Assembly (NCBI GenBank): GCA_044339945.1
Contig: JBIIUN010000002.1
Coordinates: 1-42,109, forward strand
DNA length: 42,109 bases
Direction of reading: 5' to 3'
Origin: Candidatus Kapaibacterium sp.
GTDB taxonomy: Bacteria > Verrucomicrobiota > Verrucomicrobiia > Limisphaerales > UBA9464
Shown in pieces: positions 1 through 8,897 of the stretch (positions are counted from its first letter, which is position 1; each line of letters opens with the position of its first letter). A program made the translations under genes and the position numbers. The notes under the pieces were generated by a model. That model searched no databases, was not told the DNA's origin, and worked only from the letters and a program-made list of their open reading frames with translations.

Positions 1-3000
1 TGCCCCAACTGGCGTTGGCGTGCCTCTTCATCCTGTCGGCCACGGCGCTGTTCGGCTGGCGGACGCGGCGCCATCTGCGGGCCGTCCAACTGATCATGGC
101 CGTCGTCGGTTTCGGCGCCTGGTTCTTCCTGCTCGCCGGCGCGTTTGGCGCGATTCCCGCCGGATCGGAAGAAAGGTTCGCCTTCAGCCTGGTGCCTGCC
201 TCCGCCGTGTTCCTCGCCGCCGGAATGATTGCCCTGCGGCCATTCGAGGGCGTGATGCGGTTGGCCGTCGCCGGCCATCTCGCCGGCCGGATGTTCCGCC
301 GGATAGTGCCGATGGTCCTGTGTCTGCCGTTTCTCATCGCGGCCATCCGCCTTGGCGTGGCCCACCGCCTGCCCCTGTCGGCCGGCCTCGTGATGTCGGT
401 CGTGACCCTCCTGATCGTGCTCGGCCTGATTTGGATCTCGCTCGCGAACGCGATGGCCATCGACACCGTGGACCGCGAGCGACGGCAACTGGCGCTCCGG
501 GCCGAACGCCTGTTTGCCGAAGCAGGTCAGGCGCTGGACCAGGCCCACACCTTCTTCGAAGGCTCGCCAGTCTGCATGCTGGTGCTCACAGGCGACGGGC
601 GCATCGAAGCCTTGAACGGCCAGGCCGAACGGGTGTTTGGCTGGCCCCGCGAAATGCTGACCGGCCGCCTCCTGACCGTGTTGGCCGCTAGCGGGCAGGA
701 CATTCCCTGGAATCAGCTGCTGCAAGACGCGGGCCGGTCGACGGAGGCCGGCGCGGAAGGTCCCTTGGTGGAACTCGCCTGCCAGCGGCGCGACGGCGGC
801 CAATTCTTCGCCGAGGGTGGCTACCGGGTGTCCTCGCGCGGCCGGACCCGCTTCATCGTGGTCCATCTGCGGGACATCTCATCCCGCAAGCGCTTCGAGC
901 AGCAACTGGCCCTGCGGGAACATCGCCTGCTCGAAGCCCAGCGACTGGGCCGGCTAGGGTATTGGGATTGGGACGCCGCCACGGACTCGGTCACCTGGTC
1001 GGAGGGACTCTGCCAAATCATGGAGCACCCGGTCGGCCAGCCAGCCCCCCGGCTCTTCGCGCAGTTGGACCGCTTCAGCCCGGAAAGCCGGGCGTTCCTC
1101 GAACACGCCCTGCGCCGGGCCACGGTCGAGGGAGTGCCCTATCGCCTGGAGCTGACCCTGCTCCGGCGCGACGGCGTGCGCCGGGACGTGTTGGCGACCG
1201 GCGAGGCGCGCGCGGGCCGCGCCGGCGAAGTCATCGGCCTCTTCGGCGCCGTGCAGGACATCACGGAAAACAAGGCCACCCGCCGCGCCCTCGAGGCCGC
1301 TTCAGAACGCCTGCACCTCGCCACCCAGGCCGCGCGCATCGGCGTCTGGGACTGGGACGTCGCCAATGACCGTCTGGAGTGGGACGACCGGACGCTGGAG
1401 ATCTACGCGCGAACCCGGGTCAACTTTGGCGCCACCAGTCGGAACTGGCACGCCATGCTCCACCCGGAAGATGCGGACCGCTTCCAGGCCGAACTGCATA
1501 CCTCGCTGAGCATTCCAGGCGGGCTCCACACCGAATTCCGCATCCGTCGCCCCGATGGCAATACCCGGCACGTCCGCTGCGACGGGATCGTGCAGAAGGA
1601 CATCGCCGGCCGGCCGGCCCGCCTGCTGGGCACCCAGCTCGACGTGACGGACCAGCGCGAAGCCGAGGCGCGGATTCGCCGCAGCGAACAGGCCCTGCGG
1701 GAAAGCGAGGAACGGTTCCGGCTCGCCTTCGAGTCCGCCGGCATCGGCATGGCGTTGGTTTCGCCCGAAGGCCGCTGGCTCAAGGCCAATCGCACGCTCT
1801 GCTCCACGCTGGGATATTCGCAGGAGGAACTGCTGGGCAAAACGGCCCGCGAGATCACCCATCCCGACGACATCGCGCAGGGCGACGCGCTCCGCAACCG
1901 CGTGCTGGCGGGCGACCTCCGCACCTATCAACGGTCGAAACGCTACTTCAGCCGAAATGGGAAGGTGGTCTGGGCGTTGGTCACGGTGGCATTGGTCCGC
2001 GACACCGATGATCGCCCGCTCTATTTCGTCTCGCTGATTGAGGACATCACGCAGCGGCGCGAAACGGAAAGCCGGGTGAAGACTCTGAACGATCAACTGC
2101 GGGGCATCCTTCAGTTCTCGCCCTCGCTGGTAACCCTATTCGACCGCGAAGGGCGCTACCTACTGGTCAGCCGTTCGGTCGAGGCCGCGTTGGGCAAATC
2201 CGCCGCCGAGATCATCGGGAAAACCTTGGAGGACGTCCTGCCGGCGGAAGCTGCCAGCCTGTTCCGGCGCCGCCTGGAACGTCTCGCCGGCAGTCTGCGG
2301 CCTTTCGTGGTCGAGGATGTGCGCGGCCGCGCCGGCGAGGAACGGACCTACCTGACCACCCTGTTCCCGCTCTACGACGCCGAGGGCCGCCATGTGGCCA
2401 GCGGCGGGGTGGCAACGGACATCACCGACCAACGGCAGGCCCATCGGGTGGCCGAGGAAGCGTTGCGCGAAAAGGAGATTCTCCTCCAGGAGATCCAACA
2501 TCGCGTGAAGAACAACCTTCAGATCATTTCCAGCCTGCTCCAGCTCGAATCCCGCGCCGTGGCCGATCCGGAAGCCCGCATCCGTTTCGAGGACTGCCAG
2601 GGCCGCGTGCAGGCGATGGCGCTGATCCACGAACGTCTTTACCGGACCGGCGACCTTTCGTGCATCGACCTCGGCGCGTATCTCGAATCGTTGGCCGGAC
2701 AGATCATCCGGTCGTTCGGCCGCGTGCCCGGACAAATGCTCCAGCCGATCGAGGTCACCGTCGGCCCCGTGGCCATCGAGACTGCGGTCCCGTGCGGTCT
2801 GATCGTGGCCGAGTTGGTCACCAACGCCCTGAAGCACGCGTTCCCCAACCAGCGGCGCGGCGAACTCGCAATCCGGCTCGTGGCGGATCAGGGCCAGTGG
2901 ATCCTCTCGGTCGCCGACAACGGCGTGGGCGGCGCCGCGGAAGGCCGCGAAGGTTCGCTTGGGCTCAAGCTCGTCAGCGCCCTGGCGCGGCAGCTCCGCG

Positions 3001-3083
3001 GCACGGTCGAGGCCGAGAACCGTTCGGGAATGACGGTTAAGGTATCCTTCCCCGCGCCGATAAGCAGGCAAACGGATTCATGA
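1..3083 (+). CDS. Membrane-bound multi-PAS sensor histidine kinase (HisKA_2/HWE-type), probably 5'-truncated by the window edge
   Basis: The frame (phase starting at nt 3) is open to the window start and begins inside a hydrophobic segment. Several N-terminal TM helices are followed by repeated PAS/PAC-like blocks (..WDWD.. , ..DITERK/DITQRR.. motifs). H-box reads EIQHRVKNNLQIISSLLQLE, and a C-terminal HATPase region reads ELVTNALKHAF...DNGVG...GLGLKLV. Confidence 0.85.
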   Translation, partial: PQLALACLFILSATALFGWRTRRHLRAVQLIMAVVGFGAWFFLLAGAFGAIPAGSEERFAFSLVPASAVFLAAGMIALRPFEGVMRLAVAGHLAGRMFRRIVPMVLCLPFLIAAIRLGVAHRLPLSAGLVMSVVTLLIVLGLIWISLANAMAIDTVDRERRQLALRAERLFAEAGQALDQAHTFFEGSPVCMLVLTGDGRIEALNGQAERVFGWPREMLTGRLLTVLAASGQDIPWNQLLQDAGRSTEAGAEGPLVELACQRRDGGQFFAEGGYRVSSRGRTRFIVVHLRDISSRKRFEQQLALREHRLLEAQRLGRLGYWDWDAATDSVTWSEGLCQIMEHPVGQPAPRLFAQLDRFSPESRAFLEHALRRATVEGVPYRLELTLLRRDGVRRDVLATGEARAGRAGEVIGLFGAVQDITENKATRRALEAASERLHLATQAARIGVWDWDVANDRLEWDDRTLEIYARTRVNFGATSRNWHAMLHPEDADRFQAELHTSLSIPGGLHTEFRIRRPDGNTRHVRCDGIVQKDIAGRPARLLGTQLDVTDQREAEARIRRSEQALRESEERFRLAFESAGIGMALVSPEGRWLKANRTLCSTLGYSQEELLGKTAREITHPDDIAQGDALRNRVLAGDLRTYQRSKRYFSRNGKVVWALVTVALVRDTDDRPLYFVSLIEDITQRRETESRVKTLNDQLRGILQFSPSLVTLFDREGRYLLVSRSVEAALGKSAAEIIGKTLEDVLPAEAASLFRRRLERLAGSLRPFVVEDVRGRAGEERTYLTTLFPLYDAEGRHVASGGVATDITDQRQAHRVAEEALREKEILLQEIQHRVKNNLQIISSLLQLESRAVADPEARIRFEDCQGRVQAMALIHERLYRTGDLSCIDLGAYLESLAGQIIRSFGRVPGQMLQPIEVTVGPVAIETAVPCGLIVAELVTNALKHAFPNQRRGELAIRLVADQGQWILSVADNGVGGAAEGREGSLGLKLVSALARQLRGTVEAENRSGMTVKVSFPAPISRQTDS

Positions 3084-3739
3084 AGGGCACCCCGGCGAGA
3101 ATATTGGTCGTGGAGGACGAGCAGATCGTCGCCATGGATCTTGAGCAATGCTGCCACGACCTCGGCCACACGGTTGTGGCCAGCGCCAGTTCCGCCGACG
3201 AGGCGCTGGTGTTCGTCCGCGAACACGACCCGGAGCTGGTCCTCATGGACATCAATCTCCGGGGCACCATCAGCGGCATCGAAGCCGCCTCCATCATCCG
3301 GGAGCGGTTCCAGAAACCCGTCATCTTCATCACCGCCTACGACGACGAGGCGACGATCCTGAAGGCCCGCGTTGCGGAGCCCTACGGCTATCTGCTGAAG
3401 CCTTTCGACGGCCGGGAACTCGGCGCGGCCATCCAGATGGCGCTTTACCGGCACGAGATGGAACTCGAACGCGACCGGCTCAAACGCGAGCTCGAAGCCG
3501 CCATCGCCGAGGTCAAGACCCTCCGCGGACTCATGCCGATCTGTGCCCAGTGCAAGAAGGTGCGCGACGACAACGGTTATTGGCAGCGCATCGAAAGCTA
3601 CCTCCAGACCAATACGCAGGTCCGGCTGACCCACGGTTTTTGCCCCGACTGCCATGCCGCCATCATGCGCGATCTCGACCGCATGGTCGCCGACAGCGGC
3701 GGCGAAGCGGGCGCGGCGGCGTGCGACACTCACAAATAG
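3080..3739 (+). CDS. Response regulator: CheY-like receiver plus coiled-coil plus Cys-rich C-terminal module (CxxC...CPxC)
   Basis: ATGA overlap with the kinase stop. Receiver motifs are ILVVEDE, LVLMDINL and LLKPF. C-terminal sequence is LRGLMPICAQCKKVRDDNGYWQRIESYLQTNTQVRLTHGFCPDCHAAI. Confidence 0.85.
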   Translation: MKGTPARILVVEDEQIVAMDLEQCCHDLGHTVVASASSADEALVFVREHDPELVLMDINLRGTISGIEAASIIRERFQKPVIFITAYDDEATILKARVAEPYGYLLKPFDGRELGAAIQMALYRHEMELERDRLKRELEAAIAEVKTLRGLMPICAQCKKVRDDNGYWQRIESYLQTNTQVRLTHGFCPDCHAAIMRDLDRMVADSGGEAGAAACDTHK

Positions 3740-3775
3740 GGCGGTTCAGTGTGCAGCGCTCGGGCACGACCGCGC

Positions 3776-4405
3776 TCAGGGCTGTAAGCCGGCGATTTCC
3801 CGCGTGGGCGGCGCCTTCACGAAGCTCGCTTCCCGCAGGTAGCTCGGCGCCAGCGTCTCGGCGGGCACTGCCACCGCGTTGACGGCCAACGCTAGCGCTC
3901 CCGCCGCGGTCGGAAACAGAGGACGCGCTCCAGGCAACAGTCGCTCCAAGTCCGGACCGCCCACCCATTCCCCCTGCCCCAGGCGCCCCAGTAGTTCGTC
4001 CTTGGACCGCAGCCGGATCGGTTCAAGCAGCCGGCCGGCTTCCGCCCAGGCGCTGGCGAACTCCCCCCGTTGGGCGTCGACCGCCAGCAGGATGCGATCA
4101 GTCACGGATCGCGCGAGGTTCTCCAGGCTGTTCACTCCGACGCAGGTTGCGCCGGTCGCCAGCTGCCAACCTTGCGCCGCGGAAATGGCAATGCGGACGC
4201 CGGTGTAACTGCCCGGGCCCACGCCGACGACCAATTGCCCAACGTCCTCGCGCTCCACTGAAGCTTGCCGCAGTGCCTCGGCGATGAGCGCAAAGACCGG
4301 CGTGTTGACCGTTCCCAGGTGCGTCACCTCGGCGAGCAACTCGCCGGCGCGGCCCACGGCGACGCTTCGACGGTCGGAAGAAAATTCAAGCGCCAGCGCA
4401 ATCAT
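3776..4405 (-). CDS. tsaB: tRNA t6A37 biosynthesis protein TsaB (YeaZ family)
   Basis: MIALALEFSSDRRSVAV... and VGVGPGSYTGVRIAISAAQGW are typical of TsaB. The internal ATG at 4405 was chosen because the ORF-track start would overlap tsaE by 77 nt. Confidence 0.8.
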   Translation of the reverse strand: MIALALEFSSDRRSVAVGRAGELLAEVTHLGTVNTPVFALIAEALRQASVEREDVGQLVVGVGPGSYTGVRIAISAAQGWQLATGATCVGVNSLENLARSVTDRILLAVDAQRGEFASAWAEAGRLLEPIRLRSKDELLGRLGQGEWVGGPDLERLLPGARPLFPTAAGALALAVNAVAVPAETLAPSYLREASFVKAPPTREIAGLQP

Positions 4406-4835
4406 AGCCAATCTCCCGGGTGTTCTCGTCGACGGACCGCAGGTAAATCCGGCGCAGCGCACCGGGTCCGGTGCCCTCGGTGGCGAACGCCTCTCCCGCC
4501 CACCGTTCTATCCACTCCACCACGCTCACGCCGTCCGGCTGGGTCAGGTATTCCTCCAGTCCGGCGCCCCGCACATCGTCGGCGGAGTTAAGCCGGTAAA
4601 GGTCGAGGTGAAACAGCCGCAGGCGGCCGCCGTCGTATTCGTTGAGCAGCGCAAAGGTCGGCGAATGCACCCGCCCCGCGAAGCCCAGCCCCCGCGCGAA
4701 GCCGCGGACGAACGCCGTCTTGCCCGCGCCCAGATCGCCGCTCAGACCGATGACCCAGCCTGCCTGCACCGTCCGGGCGAACGTTTCCCCGGCAGCTTCG
4801 GTCTCGGCGACAGAATGGGTGCGGGTGATCAGCAT
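4386..4835 (-). CDS. tsaE: tRNA t6A37 biosynthesis ATPase TsaE (YjeE family)
   Basis: Walker A reads GDLGAGKTAFVRGFARGLG. VHSPTFALLNEY and LFHLDLYRL are hallmark TsaE motifs. Confidence 0.85.
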   Translation of the reverse strand: MLITRTHSVAETEAAGETFARTVQAGWVIGLSGDLGAGKTAFVRGFARGLGFAGRVHSPTFALLNEYDGGRLRLFHLDLYRLNSADDVRGAGLEEYLTQPDGVSVVEWIERWAGEAFATEGTGPGALRRIYLRSVDENTREIGYDCAGA

Positions 4836-4862
4836 GGGAAAGTCGGCCTAGTCTTCTTCGGG

Positions 4863-5798
4863 TCAGGCAAAGTGCTCATAACCGCGCGTCGGCAACGGCC
4901 GCAGCCCATCATCGCCCCGCACCCAGACACCCGCCTCTTCCGTGAGTTTGCCAATGCAGCTTAGGCGGACGCCGGGGAACTGTTCCTTCCATTCGTCGAG
5001 CATCGCGACCGCGCGGTTGGACTGGACGGTGAACATCAGCTCGAAGTCCTCCCCGTCGGTCACCGCCGCGACGAAGGGCGGCTTCGCCAGGTCACTGGTG
5101 CGCGCGTGCTCCCGCGCCGCCCGGCTGACCGGCACCGCCGATTTGCGCAACTCGGCCCCCGGAACGCCGCTGGCGGCGAGCAACTTGGGCAAGTCGCTCG
5201 CCAAGCCGTCGCTGAGGTCCATCACCGAAGAAACGCCCGCGAATTCCAGCAGCCAGCGGCCCTCGGCCAAACGCGGTTCGAAGTCGAGATGTTTGCCGGC
5301 CAGCGAGCCGCCCAGGTCGCCCGTGACGAACAGCGCCTCACCCACCTTGGCCCCGGAACGCAGCCGGGCCTGGCCGCGCGGCACGGTGCCCAGCAGCGCG
5401 ACATTCACCAGCCAGCCGCCCGGATTCGTCGTCGTCTCGCCACCGACCACGGCAACCTGATATTGCGCGGCCAGGCGGTTCAGGCCGCGGTAAAGCGCCT
5501 TGACCCGCTCGGGATCAAAGCCGCGCGGCAAGCCCAAGGTCACCACCGCGGCGGTCGGCGTGCCGCCCATCGCGGCAATGTCGCTGAGGCAACGGGCCAA
5601 GGCCTTGCGCCCCACGCGTTCGGGCTCGGTGTCGGCGGTGAAATGGATGCCCTCCACGACGGCGTCCGTCTTGAAGAGGGTCTGTGTGTCCGGCGCGCCG
5701 AGCTCGAGCACGGCGCAGTCGTCGCCGGCGCCGGTCACGACGAAGTCGTTGGTCGGCAGCAGCGGTTTCAGGTGAGCGATGAGTTCAGACTCGGTCAC
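4863..5798 (-). CDS. thiL: Thiamine-monophosphate kinase
   Basis: AIR-synthase-related fold motifs GAGDDCAVL and DAVVEGIHF, plus a C-terminal DLSDGLASDL segment; 311 aa. Confidence 0.8.
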   Translation of the reverse strand: MTESELIAHLKPLLPTNDFVVTGAGDDCAVLELGAPDTQTLFKTDAVVEGIHFTADTEPERVGRKALARCLSDIAAMGGTPTAAVVTLGLPRGFDPERVKALYRGLNRLAAQYQVAVVGGETTTNPGGWLVNVALLGTVPRGQARLRSGAKVGEALFVTGDLGGSLAGKHLDFEPRLAEGRWLLEFAGVSSVMDLSDGLASDLPKLLAASGVPGAELRKSAVPVSRAAREHARTSDLAKPPFVAAVTDGEDFELMFTVQSNRAVAMLDEWKEQFPGVRLSCIGKLTEEAGVWVRGDDGLRPLPTRGYEHFA

Positions 5799-5846
5799 GG
5801 GCAGAGGGAATCACGTCGGCAGGCGGCGGGCACGGCGAAAGCGGCC

Positions 5847-6587
5847 TCACGGGCCGAACTCGACGCCCAACGCCAGGAGGACGAACGGGGCCAGGTTGAA
5901 GACCGCGTGGGCGGCAATCGGCGCAAGCAAGTTGCCGGTCCGCACATAAAGCCAGGCCAGCGTGGCGCCAAACAACGTCAGCGGCAGGAACGCCGCCGCG
6001 TTGGCGTGGATCGCCCCGAAGAGCACGGCCTGCCCCCAGAGCGCGGCCCGCGGCCAGCCGAGATCCCGCACGGTGGGAAACAGCAGGCCCCGGAACAATG
6101 TCTCCTCGACCAGCGGCGCCAAACCGACGGCAAAGGCAGCAATCAGTCCCCGGCTCATCACGCTGGGGTCGTTCACGAGCAACTCGACGCTCCGTTGCGT
6201 GGTCGCCGCCACGCCGACCTGTTCCAGCAGCCACGCACAACCCGCCTGCAAACCGTAGGTTACCGGCAGGACTACGAGCGCCACACCCACACCCAACCTC
6301 ACCGCGCTTCCGGGCTGGGTCACCCAGCCGAACGCAGCGCCCCAGCTCTGCCGCACGTTCCGGAGGAATAACTGGATCACTGCCAGCCCGGTGCCATGGA
6401 ACGCCAACCCGCCCAGGAACAGCTCAAGCACCGACGGCATTTTGCCGCCGATGGCTTTGCTGAGGGCCGCCAACAGCGACAACGCCACCGCCACGCCCAG
6501 CAACAGCCGGAAGAAGAGCAGGAAAACCAATTCCGTCGGCCAGTCTTTGCGCGGCAGCACCAGAGGCAGGGATTCGGGTTCGGGCAC
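5847..6587 (-). CDS. CPBP-family intramembrane glutamic endopeptidase (CAAX protease-like)
   Basis: Polytopic membrane protein with EETLFRGLLF and FGAIHAN motifs. The start is uncertain. GTG at 6587 was chosen so the gene does not overlap fabI, whereas the ORF-track start at 6719 would. Confidence 0.65.
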   Translation of the reverse strand: MPEPESLPLVLPRKDWPTELVFLLFFRLLLGVAVALSLLAALSKAIGGKMPSVLELFLGGLAFHGTGLAVIQLFLRNVRQSWGAAFGWVTQPGSAVRLGVGVALVVLPVTYGLQAGCAWLLEQVGVAATTQRSVELLVNDPSVMSRGLIAAFAVGLAPLVEETLFRGLLFPTVRDLGWPRAALWGQAVLFGAIHANAAAFLPLTLFGATLAWLYVRTGNLLAPIAAHAVFNLAPFVLLALGVEFGP

Positions 6588-6603
6588 CGCCGGTGACCCG
6601 GGC

Positions 6604-7374
6604 TTACATGCCCATGATCTGATAGCCGCAGTCCACGTAGAGGACCTGCCCGGTGATGGCCGCCGCACCGTCGCTGGCGAGGAACGCCCCCGTGTGTCCG
6701 AGTTCATCGGGCAGCACATTGCGCTTCAGCGGGGCATGGGCCTCGTAGTGCTTCAGCATGTCGCCGAAGCCCGCGATGCCCCGGGCGGCGAGGGTGTTCA
6801 TCGGGCCGGCGCTGATGCAGTTCACGCGGACCTTTCTCGGGCCGAGCGAATTGGCGAGGTAACGGGTGCTCGCTTCCAGCGCCGCCTTGGCCACGCCCAT
6901 GACGTTGTAGTGCGGGATGACCTTCTCGGCGCCGTAGTAGCTCATCGCCACGATGGAGCCGCCGTTGGTCATCAGCGGCGCGGCGCCACGGGCCAACGCG
7001 ATGAGCGAATAGGCGCTGACGTCGTGCGCCACCTTGAAGGCATCGCGACTGGTATTGAGGAAGTCGCCTTCCAGCGCCTCGCGGGGGGCAAAGGCCACCG
7101 AATGCAGCAGCAGGTCCAACCGGCCGAACTTCTCGGTCACGGTGGAAAACACCGCGTCGATGTCCGCGTCCCGCGTCACGTCGCAGGGCAGGATCAGGGT
7201 GTCGGCCCCGAAAGTGCCGGCGAGTTCCTCGACGTTTTCCTTCAGCCGTTCGCCCTGGTAGGTGAACGCGAGCTTGGCTCCCTCGCGGGCCCAAGCCTGG
7301 GCGATGGCCCACGCGATGGAACGTTTGTTGGCGACGCCGAATACAATGCCGAGTTTGCCTTCAAGAAGACCCAT
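6604..7374 (-). CDS. fabI: Enoyl-[acyl-carrier-protein] reductase (NADH) FabI
   Basis: MGLLEGKLGIVFGVANKRSIAWAIAQAW... is a classic FabI N-terminus, and SYYGAEKVIPHYNVMGVAKAALE contains the Y-x6-K region. The ATG at 7374 is used; the upstream Arg-rich extension in the ORF track is rejected. Confidence 0.9.
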   Translation of the reverse strand: MGLLEGKLGIVFGVANKRSIAWAIAQAWAREGAKLAFTYQGERLKENVEELAGTFGADTLILPCDVTRDADIDAVFSTVTEKFGRLDLLLHSVAFAPREALEGDFLNTSRDAFKVAHDVSAYSLIALARGAAPLMTNGGSIVAMSYYGAEKVIPHYNVMGVAKAALEASTRYLANSLGPRKVRVNCISAGPMNTLAARGIAGFGDMLKHYEAHAPLKRNVLPDELGHTGAFLASDGAAAITGQVLYVDCGYQIMGM

Positions 7375-7586
7375 AAACGCGGGAAGCGTTAGGTGAACCC
7401 GGCGGCGAGGGCAAGGGCGACGGCGGCCCCGCAATGTGCTGCCGGCATCCTGTCGGCAGTGCCTGACGCCCGCCCATGGCTGCCGCCTCCTTGGGCGCGG
7501 CCGAGCCCGGAGGAATCGTTCAACGGCGCTTCGAAGCCACCTTGGGGTTCCGCCGGCTGGAAGCCGGCGGCACAATGTGACCGGGC

Positions 7587-8888
7587 TCAGTTCAAGGTGA
7601 TGCCCCGCCGCAGGAACGTCGGCTCGTCCAAGTTCTGGTCCTGGTAATAGGTGCTTTCGGTGTGTTCGAAGCGCCCCTTCGAGACGATGTCGAAGTTGAA
7701 GTTCTGCTGCTCGGCCTTCTTCTTGCCCGCCAGTTTCCCGGACGCGCCGCGGCGAACGGCTTCCGAGCCGGCCTTGACCAGTCCCGCGAGACCGCGGACC
7801 GGCGCACCCGTATCGAGGTCAAGCCCGTCGATGATGACCGGCGCTTCCGGCGCGGACGGCTCAAAGCGGGGCGGTGGATTGGCCAATCCGGCCGCGGGGT
7901 TCGCCAGCGGCGCCACCACGGGCGACGTGACGGGGACGATGCCGGTCCGGGCAGCGATCACGGTCAGCGCAATCCGCCCGCGCAGACTCGGATCATCGGT
8001 CGCGCCCACGACCAGGCGAGCCTGCTCGCATTGCGTCTGGAACTGCCGCTGGAGCCATTCCAGTTCGTCGAGGCGCAGGTCGCCATCGGCGGCAATGTTC
8101 ACCAGCACCACCTCGGCTTCACCGGGTGAATGTTCCGCCTGGAGGAAAGAGTGTTTCTGGAGTTGGTCGTAGGCTTCGCGGGCCCGGTTTTCGCCGCGGC
8201 CTTCCACGGTCGCGAAGGCGCTTTCGCCGTGAAGTCCGCGCAGCATCCGTTCCAGCGTGGCCACCCCGATCGGAACCAGCCCCGAGCAGGTCAGCATGCG
8301 CCAGAGCCCGCGGACCGTATCCGCAATGACCGCGTTGGAATTCGCCATCACCTCGGGCAACCGCGTCTTCTCGTCGAGCATCCGGGCGGCGGCCGCGTTG
8401 GAAAGGCACAGCACCACGTCGGAGGCGGCGCGCATGGCCTGGAGCGAGGCCTTCGCGTTGGCCTGGCGCAGCGGCGCCTCGAAGCCGAAGGGCAGCGTGG
8501 CCAAGGTGACGACCAATGCCCCGGCGTCGCGGGCGAGCTTGGCGACCACCGGGGCTGCCCCGCCGCCAGTGCCCCCGCCCAACCCGGTGACCAGCACCAC
8601 CACCCGCGCCCCGGCGACCGCCTGCCGGAGCGCCGCGATGTCCTGTTCCGCCGCCTGCCGACCATGGGCCACGTCGCCGCCGCAACCGAAGCCGCGGGTG
8701 ACTTCCAGGCCGAACGGCAGGTCGTTCACCCCGGCAACCTCGGCCGGGAACTCAGCCGTGGACAAACAGGCGAACCGGGTGCCGGCGAGTTCCAAGGCCG
8801 CGAGCGCCCGGACGATCTTGGTGCCGGCCCGGCCGACTCCGAGAAACAGGAGGCCGGCGTCCGGATTCAGGGGAGGAATGGGATTCAT
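7587..8888 (-). CDS. ftsZ: Cell division protein FtsZ (divergent; T1 and T7 loops atypical)
   Basis: Last gene of the dcw cluster, directly after ftsA. Tubulin signature reads GLGGGTGGGAAPVVA and the T5-like segment reads LPFGFEA. The C-terminal peptide LDEPTFLRRG resembles the FtsA/ZipA-binding tail. Confidence 0.8.
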   Translation of the reverse strand: MNPIPPLNPDAGLLFLGVGRAGTKIVRALAALELAGTRFACLSTAEFPAEVAGVNDLPFGLEVTRGFGCGGDVAHGRQAAEQDIAALRQAVAGARVVVLVTGLGGGTGGGAAPVVAKLARDAGALVVTLATLPFGFEAPLRQANAKASLQAMRAASDVVLCLSNAAAARMLDEKTRLPEVMANSNAVIADTVRGLWRMLTCSGLVPIGVATLERMLRGLHGESAFATVEGRGENRAREAYDQLQKHSFLQAEHSPGEAEVVLVNIAADGDLRLDELEWLQRQFQTQCEQARLVVGATDDPSLRGRIALTVIAARTGIVPVTSPVVAPLANPAAGLANPPPRFEPSAPEAPVIIDGLDLDTGAPVRGLAGLVKAGSEAVRRGASGKLAGKKKAEQQNFNFDIVSKGRFEHTESTYYQDQNLDEPTFLRRGITLN

Positions 8889-8897
8889 GGCGGCGGT

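Noticed and set aside
7550-7570. 9-bp stem hairpin CCGCCGGCT-GGA-AGCCGGCGG, 17 nt downstream of the ftsZ stop
   Set aside because: It could end the dcw transcript, but no U-tract follows on the minus strand. I do not call it an intrinsic terminator.
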